A stretch of DNA of 64,000 nucleotides, from assembly GCA_963676835.2 (NCBI GenBank), contig CAXXFF010000001.1:768001-832000 (forward strand). Direction: 5' to 3'. The translations under genes and the position numbers were made by a program. The notes beneath the pieces are model-generated. The model made no database searches. It was not told where the DNA came from and saw only the letters and a program-made list of their open reading frames with translations. Positions 51,971-60,770 of the stretch are shown in pieces (within the stretch, counting starts at the first letter, position 1; each line of letters starts with the position of its first letter). Source of the DNA: Marispirochaeta sp. Its GTDB lineage: Bacteria; Spirochaetota; Spirochaetia; JC444; Marispirochaetaceae.

Positions 51971-52184
51971 TAACAACGGATATATGGCGTAGCAATTCGC
52001 CGACAGGCGACATTGCAGCCCCAGGCTTTGCGAAGCAAAACGCAGGGGGTAAAGGTTTGGGACCACACAGATAATAGGGGTTTCGCAAAGGGGGTAAGGC
52101 ACGGATTTTTCTTCTTTAAAAATAAAAAATCCGTGAACGGCTTCTTCGCCCCTGCCCCATTTTATCCGCGGACATCCGTTGTTA
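51971..52184. repeat. 214-bp imperfect palindromic element with AAC...GTT ends (attC-like)
   Basis: TAACAACGGAT (51971) and ATCCGTTGTTA (52174-52184) are perfect inverted repeats; internal hairpins TCGCC-GACA-GGCGA and CACGGATTTTT...AAAAATCCGTG. Confidence 0.5.
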
Positions 52185-52330
52185 CCCCAACTCCTTTAAT
52201 CCGTAGGCTGTCCAAGGTGCCGGTAGGCTATCTCATCAACTTTCGCAACACTAAGGTCGAGTGGCGCAGGTTCATTGTTACGGGGGAGTAATTCCCCCTT
52301 TTTAGTCGTCCTAAAAATGAAATAATGAAA

Positions 52331-52627
52331 CTAAGCCCCTTTGCTTAACTCTTCCAGCATTTCCTTTCTCAGCAGATTATTCATTAATGTCTGGTACCCT
52401 TTTCCATGACTTTTGAGCCATAACAGTACATCTGCATCAATCCTTGCGGTAATCTGTTTCTTCCTCGGCTTGTATTCATCAGAAAACAGTACAGCCTTTC
52501 TGAAGTCGTCCTCATTCCATTCGGGGATATCGCTGGTATCAATTTCAGAATCCGGTAGCTCTGAGAGTTTTTTGAGTCGTTCTTTCTGTTCATCCGTAAG
52601 AGGGCTAAACCCACGTACCTTCTTCAT
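52331..52627 (-). CDS. brnA: BrnA-family antitoxin
   Basis: IDTSDIPE...KKQITARIDADVL.W.K..GKGYQT.MN.LLR. Confidence 0.88.
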   Translation of the reverse strand: MKKVRGFSPLTDEQKERLKKLSELPDSEIDTSDIPEWNEDDFRKAVLFSDEYKPRKKQITARIDADVLLWLKSHGKGYQTLMNNLLRKEMLEELSKGA

Positions 52628-52892
52628 AGCTTCTTCTCTCCTGCCGAGTCGCTTTTCTGGCCGATATTATTCGTATAACAGGCTCATCACCGTGCAATCG
52701 CAAGGTATAAACAGCCAGAATAATAAGCTCCTCACCTACATGGCCCAGTATTTGCCAGCGGTGCTCCAATTCGTGATAATCCTGTCGGGTAACCGCAAGC
52801 GGATCGGCAAATACATACCGTGCATCTTCAAATGAAATATGGTGCCGCTGTAAGTTTAACTTGTTTTTATTCTCATCCCATTCGAAGAACAT
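52605..52892 (-). CDS. brnT: BrnT-family toxin
   Basis: FEWDENKN..N...H.ISFE.A..VF.DP...RIISARKA. Confidence 0.9.
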   Translation of the reverse strand: MFFEWDENKNKLNLQRHHISFEDARYVFADPLAVTRQDYHELEHRWQILGHVGEELIILAVYTLRLHGDEPVIRIISARKATRQERRSYEEGTWV

Positions 52893-52898
52893 AGCATA

Positions 52899-52933
52899 AG
52901 TATACTATTGTAGTTACATTTTAGCAACTACAA
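52899..52933 (-). promoter_or_regulatory. brnTA promoter with overlapping inverted-repeat operator
   Basis: Minus strand TTGCTA-17 nt-TATACT-6 nt-ATG; TTGTAGTT (52908) ... AACTACAA (to 52933) inverted repeat covers the -35 and spacer. Confidence 0.65.
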
Positions 52934-53044
52934 CAATTATGCCCTTTCTAAATGACATTGTAATCAAGATTCTCACTTTTTTAGTTCACCGAATCATTCA
53001 ATTGGAGCAGACATCCCGGTTCCCCGGGATGCAGTTCAATTGAG

Positions 53045-53398
53045 TCATTCGGCGGGAGATGAATTTTTCCGACTTTTACAGATTCGTCGTACATTAAAAT
53101 AGTTAATAAGACTTAGAACAAACAAGCAGGAAAATACCCCGAAAATCAAACCAAGGCTTACTCGCAGCCATGCTGGTAAAAACAGAAAATTCGGATAGAA
53201 AATTTTAGCGCAGATATAGAATGTTAGAAATAAAAGTCCATAAACATATAAATAATATCTTAGTCTCTTTTTTTTCTTAAACAAATTCTCATAGTTCAGC
53301 AGCTTCATTTGTGCTGCTGCATTTTTACCTTTTATCTGGATGAGAATAACTAAAAACACCAGAAAAAGTGTATAGACTACTGTTATTGCTATATGCAT
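53045..53398 (-). CDS. Small AT-rich 3-TM hypothetical protein (117 aa)
   Basis: GGAG RBS before ATG 53398; three hydrophobic segments. Confidence 0.6.
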   Translation of the reverse strand: MHIAITVVYTLFLVFLVILIQIKGKNAAAQMKLLNYENLFKKKKRLRYYLYVYGLLFLTFYICAKIFYPNFLFLPAWLRVSLGLIFGVFSCLFVLSLINYFNVRRICKSRKNSSPAE

Positions 53399-53460
53399 TT
53401 TATAACTCCAATGCCTGAAGCACTTGTGCGTGGATCCAGTAACTGCTTTAAAGACAACAG

Positions 53461-53534
53461 GGTTTTGCCTGGAAGTTGGAGTTTTCGCGGACACGGATAT
53501 GGGTGTTTAATTTGACGGTAGTTTCTTTGAAGAG
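53461..53534 (-). repeat. Eroded fragment of the constant SH3b-coding arm (copy 1)
   Basis: GTTTTGCCTGGAAGTTGGAGTTTTCGCGGACACGGATATGGGTGT...GTTTCTTTGAAGAG aligns to 55722-55797. Confidence 0.8.
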
Positions 53535-53537
53535 TAC

Positions 53538-53756
53538 TTAAATCTGGTCAGATTCCTGGAGCTTTAAAAGCTCTTTTGCCAGAGAATCTACAGATTCATC
53601 TTTTAAAAGATCATTCCTCTCTTTTGTATAATCACCGTAGCCGCGACTGTACTGATGTAAAAACTCTATAGTCACATCAGCACCAAGTTCTCTGGTCAGA
53701 ATTTCAAGACCAACCATTCTAATTTTTTCAGGACTCATTCCTTGTGTATTTATCAT
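53538..53756 (-). CDS. Putative antitoxin paired with PIN toxin
   Basis: GLEILTRELG....EFL.....G.GDYTKER; ATGA overlap with the toxin stop. Confidence 0.75.
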   Translation of the reverse strand: MINTQGMSPEKIRMVGLEILTRELGADVTIEFLHQYSRGYGDYTKERNDLLKDESVDSLAKELLKLQESDQI

Positions 53757-54198
53757 GTAATCACCACCTGCAGCCATACAACAGGTTTTTCAACTCTTAT
53801 CTCAAGTATATTCTCATGCTTTCTGCCTTTATTTACAAGCTTAGCATCAACTGTTAAAAAAACATCAACCTTCAGTGTCTCCGCACAGGCAAGATGCAGG
53901 GCATCCATTGCACCGAAACCTAATGTTTCAAGTTCTTTTGCCCTGCTGATTTCCTTTTGTGTTGCGAAGATTTTCTCAGAAAGCCCTTCAAGAAAAGCAA
54001 GGACGCTATCTCTTTTTCTATATCCGGTGTCCTGTTTATTTCAAGATTCAAGACACTGCTCCCAACCCAGCAAACGTCACCTTGCCGTAAATGCTTCAAG
54101 TTAAACCGTATTGCTTCTGACTCAAGATGGATGCGTTCCTGCTCCTGATCATCAAAAGGTCTGTTTAAACAGCATACATCCAGATATACCCTTTTCAT
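53753..54198 (-). pseudogene. PIN-domain toxin, frameshifted
   Basis: RVYLDVCCLNRPFDDQ.Q.RI.LE.EA in one frame, MDALHLACAE...DVFLTVD in another; adding one A to the A5 run (54013-54017) gives a 148-aa ORF. Confidence 0.8.
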
Positions 54199-54262
54199 CT
54201 CTACAATCATTTTACAGTTGAACTTTCCTATTCGTCTATCTTCTTAACAGTCACTACTCCGG

Positions 54263-54596
54263 CGGCCTGCGACTCCGCTCAGGCACCTCTGGTACGTCGC
54301 GGGGTGAGGGGTCCGACTCCTCATACACCGTAACCACCCCGTCGCCGTTATACCGCAGCTCTCCCTGCTCCTCGGCCAGGTCAAGGAAGGCACCGAAGCA
54401 CCAGCCGGAGAGGCCGTCGGATTCCCGGACTATGCGGTAGCTTTTTCCCGGTTCTCACCGGAGGTGTTCGCCCCAGGGGTCGATGGTCTCTTGGGGGCCG
54501 GAACGGTCAAGGACTTTTACCGTATCGCCCTATTCCAGGAAGCCCATGTGTTTTGCCTGGAGGTTGGGGTTTTCGCGGACACGGAAGTGGGTGTCT
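54263..54596 (-). pseudogene. Degenerate constant arm (copy 2): SH3b-coding 3' end plus downstream repeat
   Basis: Aligns to 55452-55767; internal TAG at 54530-54532, terminal stop changed to TCG, 23-nt replacement at 54440-54462, no 5' part. Confidence 0.85.
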
Positions 54597-54611
54597 ATGA
54601 ATTATAGAAAT

Positions 54612-55016
54612 TCAGGTATTTTCCAGAAGTGAAAGAAACTCGCTGTAATTTACGATTCGGATGTTTTCGAAGGGATCAAGTACAAGCAAATCTTCATCTC
54701 CGGAGACAATACAGTCAGCTTCAGCACTCAAAGCCATTTCCAGCAGATAGTTATCTTTTTTATCCCGACAGGCATCCGTATGCGCTGCAACTTTCACCCA
54801 CTCCGCCTTGCGGCTTAAATAATGCAGAAGGAACCTTTTCTTTTCCGGGGTAAAATATTTTTCCAATTTCGGACGTTCCAGTACTTCAAACAATTCTTCA
54901 AGTTGTTCATCACAGGTGAGTACCGTAACTGTGTTTTCGATTTTCCCAACAAGATTATCAAGACTTTTTCCAATCAGGAAGCTGATCCAGATATTAGTGT
55001 CGATAACGACCCGCAT
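54612..55016 (-). CDS. PIN-family toxin (TIGR00305-like)
   Basis: MRVVIDTNIWIS...CRDKKDNYLLE.A....ADCIVSGDEDLL.L. Confidence 0.88.
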   Translation of the reverse strand: MRVVIDTNIWISFLIGKSLDNLVGKIENTVTVLTCDEQLEELFEVLERPKLEKYFTPEKKRFLLHYLSRKAEWVKVAAHTDACRDKKDNYLLEMALSAEADCIVSGDEDLLVLDPFENIRIVNYSEFLSLLENT

Positions 55017-55221
55017 AATACCTTTTTTCACGTACAGCTTCGACTTCAGTAGTTATTTCGTCCATCGACAGGGGAACATCTTCCATTTCATCGCGGAATT
55101 TCAGGAACTCCCCCTGCAAGGTCTGGCTATCCAGATAGCGGGCTAATTGCGCTTTTTCATCTGTTCCAAGTTGCTCCACAAGAGCTTTTACCTGGTTATA
55201 GGTCAGCTGTAACTGGGCCAT
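54994..55221 (-). CDS. Putative antitoxin
   Basis: 75 aa, LSMDEITTEVEAVR; overlaps PIN gene; upstream ATGACG-17 nt-TATAAT and GAGGT. Confidence 0.75.
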   Translation of the reverse strand: MAQLQLTYNQVKALVEQLGTDEKAQLARYLDSQTLQGEFLKFRDEMEDVPLSMDEITTEVEAVREKRYYAGRYRH

Positions 55222-55332
55222 TTTCTACTACCTCACCGTTTCATTATACTTCAATTTACTGTTAACGTCATCTTTCAGGAGAGCTCTTAGAAGTTAAAGA
55301 GCTCTCATTAAGTCCGCTGCCTGCGACTCCGG

Positions 55333-55474
55333 CTGCCTTCGACTACGCTCAGGCACCACATCTACAGGGTGATTGCTGGAGGGACTGCCTTCGACTTCGC
55401 TGCCTTCGACTACGCTCAGGCACCGCGGCATAAAAGTGAATGCTGGCGGGACTGCCTTCGACTCCGCTCAGGCA
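55333..55474. repeat. Cluster of REP-like 23-mers CTGCCTTCGACT(A/C)CGCTCAGGCA
   Basis: Full copies at 55333, 55400, 55452; partial copy at 55385; TGCCT/AGGCA self-complementary ends. Confidence 0.85.
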
Positions 55475-55503
55475 TCGCTGGTATGACGCGGGGGTGAGGG
55501 CCC

Positions 55504-56787
55504 CTACTCCTCATACACCGTAACCATCCCATCCCCTTTATACCGCAGCTCACCCTGCTCCTCGGCCAGGTTTAGAAAGGCTCCGAAGCACCAGCCGGAG
55601 AGGCTGTCGGATTCCCGGACTATGCGGTACCAGGGGTGTTCGCCCCAGGGGTCGATGGTCTCTTTGGGGCCGGAGCGGTCAAGGACTTTTACCGTTTCGC
55701 CCTGTTCCAGGAAGCCCATGTGTTTTGCCTGGAGGTTAGGGTTTTCGCGGACACGGATGTGGGTGTCGGTTACTTTGGCGGTGGTTTCTTTGAAGAGGAG
55801 GTTGTGGGTCATTAGCCAGTCGCGGAGGGGGGTTGCGTCGACGAGGTAGGCTTTATTGTCTATGTCGCAGAGGCCCCATTTAAAGTTGGGAGAAAATCGT
55901 ATAGTTCTTGGTTTGCCCTGCACTGATATGTTCAGCTTCTTTGCTTGTTCCGGATGACCTATTGGCTGCATCCAGTAGTTTCCGTCAGGATATGATCCAC
56001 ATGGAACCAGTATATGTTCATTGCCAACAAACTGACCGCCGAAGTCTTCGTCTCCACTATCTCCATCTTCCGGATTTGGATGGCCATAACCGATTTCTTC
56101 TTTCTCATCCTCAATCCGGTAGAGAATAAAATCACGGTCCTCAAGCTTATAATCATCTGGTCGAGATGGTCTTTCATCAGTATCAATCAGCACGTATTCT
56201 TTGTCTGGGGATATTGCATGAATTATCCCATGAATAGGCAATCGACGGTTGGTCTCTGTGGCCAGGTTCAAACGGCTTATTGCACTGGGTCCGGAGTCAA
56301 GAGGCTTTAACTCATTCATCTGCAGGTAGCCCTCGTCGCTCTGGTAGTAGAAAAATGATCTCATCGGCCAGTACGTTAGATCCTGGTTCTCCTGTATGAA
56401 ACGATCAACAAAGGGATAGGCTTCAGATTCACTGGTTTTGAGATCATATACAACATTAGGCAAATTGCCTTCCTGTAGTGTAATAATTTTATTCTCCCAT
56501 GGCCCAAGAATCCTTGTGAAATGCACAAGTCCGAGCGAGCGGGAAGCCATAGATTCAAGGTCAATTATTCTGCAGTCAGTATCATTCATCCTTGGAGCGA
56601 ATCTAATAATTGCATATTTATTTGTTAATACCGAAGCATAAGTATCTGAACCGACTCTCTGATTCACCGATAATGATATTGCTTCCGGCTGCGCTACAGC
56701 AACTATCACAGGCATACAGAAAAAGGCTACAACCAGAAGTATCCGAATAGCAGTTCTTTTAACATTATCTTTACTAGAATTCCTCAT
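55504..56787 (-). CDS. Exported protein, variable N-terminus plus C-terminal SH3b domain (candidate immunity protein 1, 427 aa)
   Basis: GGAGG RBS, signal peptide ending AVA-Q; beta-rich body; SH3b IRVRENPNL...LEQGETVKVL...WYRI.....SGWCFGAFL. Confidence 0.85.
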   Translation of the reverse strand: MRNSSKDNVKRTAIRILLVVAFFCMPVIVAVAQPEAISLSVNQRVGSDTYASVLTNKYAIIRFAPRMNDTDCRIIDLESMASRSLGLVHFTRILGPWENKIITLQEGNLPNVVYDLKTSESEAYPFVDRFIQENQDLTYWPMRSFFYYQSDEGYLQMNELKPLDSGPSAISRLNLATETNRRLPIHGIIHAISPDKEYVLIDTDERPSRPDDYKLEDRDFILYRIEDEKEEIGYGHPNPEDGDSGDEDFGGQFVGNEHILVPCGSYPDGNYWMQPIGHPEQAKKLNISVQGKPRTIRFSPNFKWGLCDIDNKAYLVDATPLRDWLMTHNLLFKETTAKVTDTHIRVRENPNLQAKHMGFLEQGETVKVLDRSGPKETIDPWGEHPWYRIVRESDSLSGWCFGAFLNLAEEQGELRYKGDGMVTVYEE

Positions 56788-56853
56788 AATTGTGCGGATC
56801 CTCCCCTCATCTCTTCCATAATACAACTTCGAATTTTCACCGACACGTTCTCC

Positions 56854-58556
56854 CTATTCCTCAAAGAAACGCTGAATATCCCAGCGGTCCTCTTTGAAAA
56901 TATCTGTAACAGTAATATCCTTCCCACTCAAAGGTATTTGTTCTTCAAGTTTATCATGAAAGTAGATCCAGCTATGCGCAGAAGGGTAACTATCGCTGAT
57001 TGGAAGCCATGGAGAACCGGGCGCTGATACATACGTATTAATCCATGCATCGCTTGTAACTATCTCCGGGTCACCATTAACTATTTCATAGTTATCCCTG
57101 ACAGTATCAAAACTTGCCCAATCACCAACAATTCTTGACCACCAGCCGTAGGTATTCCGGGTAATTACCGGTCCATCAGTTTCTTCATTATACTTCTGCA
57201 TAAAAAGAGATTCATCGAAGCAGGAGAGGGGATCTACTCTCTGCCATATAGTATTCCCATCGCCATCCAGGAACGTCTCGTATACCTCCAGATGAATATG
57301 GGCACCGGTAGAGACTACACCCACATTGCCGATATAACCAAGCCGGTCTCCTGCTTCAACCCGGATGAAGCTTGCATCCGTAATCTCAGAAGCCTCAATC
57401 CCACTTATCGGCTGCAGGGTATCGCCGGGAGTCCCAAGCATGGACCCGGTAGCTGCACCGTATTGCCCGGTATATGGAAAATTCGTTTGAGGTGCACCTT
57501 CATCTCTGTTTCCCAGATGACAAAAGAGATATACCCTGCCCTGCTTGGGATCATCCGGCCTGGTTACAAGCGCACCGATCCAGCCATAGGTATGAGAACT
57601 ATAGCCATAGAGTTCTCCGGTTTTGATACCTGAACCTGAGAAGACAGGTAAATTCTGTGGGGCATCCCATTCTATAGACCGCCACAAATAGAATATCCCA
57701 TCCTCCGGTGCCAGGAAAACGGCATTCTTCGTATCACCATCAATAGCAGAGTCCCCAGGCTCAGCTGCAGGATCATTCCAGTAGCTTAGAGCATCTCCCG
57801 CCCCTATTGCCGGTACAGAATCAAAAACTCCAACCCTGGAAAGGTCCACACCATAATGGTAGCGTAAAAGAATCCATTATTACTGGTATTTAAATTACGC
57901 CAACCCGTAAGCTGGGTGACCTTCGCATGATGCAGAGAAGGAAAGAGTGACTGAGGAGTTCTGTACGATAGGGAGGTTGAGGGCAGTTCCCGGTGGTAGT
58001 AATTTCCTTTATTTTCAATATCAGAAACAGATATTTCTCCACCAATAAGCTTGTCACGCATAAGGTCAACAGCTGTTTCAAGGTCACTTTCCTCACTATA
58101 GCCGGACGGGATCTCAACAACTTTCCGCGGAACCTCCGTCGCCGGCGGATAATAACTCCTCAACTTAACCTTATACTCATCCAGCAACTCCCACCCCGGC
58201 TTCTCCCCCGCCGCGCTCAGCTCCCCGGTCGCACTCTTCTTCAATAACCTTCGGGCATGGTATTTACCCGGTTCCAGGCTGAAGCCGCCGAAGCCCCCAG
58301 CGGGGTTGCCCCAGGTTGCAAGGCTTACCTGACGCAGGCTGCGGTTAACGGATATGAGGTAGATGCTGTTCATGTAGTCCTGTGAGGTGGCGCTGCTGTC
58401 GAGGCCGGCAAAGTTAGTGCGGACCACCACGCCGAGATGGGTTTCGCCGGTGTCGTTGGTACGCATAATGAGGTCCCCCGGGCGGATTTGGGAGAGGGAG
58501 GGGATTATGGTGGTTATGCGTTCGAGTTCCGGCGATACTGAGACTGTACTTTTCAT
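56854..58556 (-). pseudogene. 5'-truncated, frameshifted NlpC/P60-remnant plus M23 peptidase gene (candidate toxin 1)
   Basis: IRPGDLIMR...HLGVVV at N-terminus; M23 HYGVD, VFLAPEDG, HL, VEAGDRLGYIGNVG..TGAHIHLEV; one extra base near 57866-57869 joins both ORFs into 567 aa. Confidence 0.75.
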
Positions 58557-58767
58557 GATGAGAAAATGGTATCATGCCTTTTCTATTACTTCCAGTATAA
58601 GCAGTTACAATCTTCCAAAACAGGTATGGCCATACAGTTTTAAAATAGCAATACGATCGACCTGTATGGGTAAAGCAACAATAAGCGGGAACTGCATGAT
58701 TCTACCGGGAATCTCTCAACGCATATCCGTCTTGCTCCCGCTTTCTATAGTGCAGTATACTAAAGGC

Positions 58768-59655
58768 ATGAATAGAAAACGTCCTTTAAACCCAATGGAT
58801 GACATCTTTGTCAAATATCTTCTGGGAACAGAAGAGAACAAAGATCTGCTTATAAGCTTTATCAACGCCGTATTGGACGAAAAAGGGTATGACCTCGTTT
58901 TGGATGTTGAGATTAAAAATCCCTTCAATCCGGCCAAGATTATTGAGTCCAAGTTTTCTGTTCTGGATATTAAGGCAAAAGACACCAAAGGCAGGATGAT
59001 CAACATAGAGGTACAGGTAAGCTCAGACCCCTATTTTGCATCGCGAAGTCTCTACTACTGGGCAAAGATTTACAGCGATCAACTGGAATCGGGGGATCAA
59101 TACAGGGAGCTGAATCAGACAATATGCATAAACCTTTTGTCGTTTAATCTCTTTGAAACCCAGGACAGTTTCCACAGCTGTTTTCAGATAACAGAAGTTG
59201 GAAAACCGGAAAATATACTTACAGAAGATCTTCAGATTCATTTTCTCGAAATAGAAAAACTGAAATCGCACCTGGAAAAACATGAGCCAAGGGATACCCT
59301 GGAAGGCTGGTGTTATTACTTCTTAAATGAAGGCCTGATCGAGGAGGACAAGATGCCCGTTTTACTGAAAAAGGACAAGATCTTTAACAAAGCCGGCTCA
59401 ATATACAGAAACTTTACCGCCGATGAAGAAAAAATGGAGCTTATTGAAGCCCGTGAAAAATGGCTTAAGGATTACAATTCCAAAATAGAGTCTGTACGTC
59501 AGGAAGGACGTCAGGAAGGTCGTCAGGAAGGTCAGCAAGAAGGACGTCAACAGGGCCATATGGAAGATGCCAGAAACCTGAAGCAGCTGGGGGTTGATCT
59601 GACTATTATTTCCAAGGCAACCGGGTTAGCCCTTGATGTTATTGAGAAATTGTAA
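58768..59655 (+). CDS. Rpn-family recombination-promoting nuclease / PD-(D/E)XK nuclease
   Basis: NP..D..VKYLLG, LISFINAVL, LDIKA...INIEVQ, RSLYYWAKIY, IHFLEI.K, (RQEG)n tail; TATACT 6 nt before ATG 58768. Confidence 0.9.
   Translation: MNRKRPLNPMDDIFVKYLLGTEENKDLLISFINAVLDEKGYDLVLDVEIKNPFNPAKIIESKFSVLDIKAKDTKGRMINIEVQVSSDPYFASRSLYYWAKIYSDQLESGDQYRELNQTICINLLSFNLFETQDSFHSCFQITEVGKPENILTEDLQIHFLEIEKLKSHLEKHEPRDTLEGWCYYFLNEGLIEEDKMPVLLKKDKIFNKAGSIYRNFTADEEKMELIEAREKWLKDYNSKIESVRQEGRQEGRQEGQQEGRQQGHMEDARNLKQLGVDLTIISKATGLALDVIEKL
59497..59555 (+). repeat. 12-bp coding tandem repeat (RQEG)
   Basis: CGTCAGGAAGG(A/T) x3 plus two degenerate units. Confidence 0.85.
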
Positions 59656-59672
59656 GGTTTAGTTGATTAGGA

Positions 59673-59743
59673 CTGCCTTCGACTCCGCTCAGGCACCGCG
59701 TCATAAAGGTGAATGCGGACCTGCCTTCGACTCCGCTCAGGCA
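59673..59743. repeat. Two REP-like 23-mers CTGCCTTCGACTCCGCTCAGGCA
   Basis: Copies at 59673 and 59721, between convergent rpn and SH3b gene. Confidence 0.85.
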
Positions 59744-60770
59744 GCGCTGGTATGACGCGGGGTGAGGGGCCCTACTCCTCATACACCGTAACCATCCCCT
59801 CCCCGTTATACCGCAGCTCACCCTGCTCCTCGGCCAGGTCAAGAAACGCTCCGAAGCACCAGCCGGAGAGGCCGTCGGATTCCCGGACTATGCGGTACCA
59901 GGGGTGTTCGCCCCAGGGGTCGATGGTCTCTTTGGGGCCGGAGCGGTCAAGGACTTTTACCGTTTCGCCCTGTTCCAGGAAGCCCATGTGTTTTGCCTGG
60001 AGGTTGGGGTTTTCGCGGACACGGATGTGGGTGTCGGTTACTTTGGCGGTGGTTTCTTTGAATAGGAGATTGTGGGTCATTAGCCAGTTGCGGAGGGGGG
60101 TTGAATCTACCAGATATGGAATATGGTCAACTTCGCACAGGGCCCGGGTAAAATCGGGGGAGAACCTGAAATTTGTCTGCTTGCCTTTAGCTGTAAGATT
60201 AAGCTTGACTGCATGTTCAGGATCACCGATATACTGCAAGAAATAATTTTTAGGATTGGTTTTTAAATAATCTTCCTTAGGAGTAAATGGTAGTAATACA
60301 TTCTCATTGCCGACAAAATGCCCTCCATAGTCAATATCACCAGGATCTCCACCACCCATGAAAGGCACACCATACCCTTGTACAATACTTCCTGTAGCAA
60401 TCTCATAAAGTATAAAATCTCTATCTTCAAGCTTATAAGATTCAAAGTTCTCACTTTGCTCGTCCTTATCAATCAGAAGATACTTCTTGTCTGGGGATAT
60501 AGCATGAATTACACCCGTAACAGGAAATGTAGATTCTTCGAAGGTAGAAAAATCCAAAACTCCAATTTTACTTGTGTACACCGGCCGAAAACGGACACCC
60601 ATTCCGGAGGAAAGCGGACAGTGATTCCGGGCAAAAACGGACACCTGTTCCGGCCGAAAACGGACAGTTTTTCCGGAGCGCCGGAATTGCTTTAACCTGA
60701 AATAAGAAATCCTCGATTAACACGAGCACTCTCGTCACAATAGCAAAACTACTATTTGACGGAGTACAGA

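Noticed and set aside
52013..52291. 92-aa plus-strand ORF
   Set aside because: Runs through the palindromic element; no RBS or protein-like features
55316..55503. 23-bp repeats with about 27-bp linkers as a mini CRISPR array
   Set aside because: Linkers resemble each other, repeats stutter, only 2-3 units per cluster, and there is no leader or cas gene in the window
57851..57877. Programmed -1 frameshift producing full M23 protein
   Set aside because: No X XXY YYZ slippery heptamer in the correct phase; a simple deletion or assembly error is more economical
58387..58767. 127-aa N-terminal extension of the Rpn ORF
   Set aside because: Overlaps gene A antisense; family similarity and promoter place the start at 58768
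54263..60103. Near-identical C-terminal repeats as DGR template/variable regions
   Set aside because: Mismatches involve all four bases rather than adenines, the repeated part is the conserved part, and no reverse transcriptase is present
60573..60644. N-terminus of ORF 59772-60644 (and C-terminus of 63114-63686) as real protein
   Set aside because: Read-through into the IS21 terminal repeats
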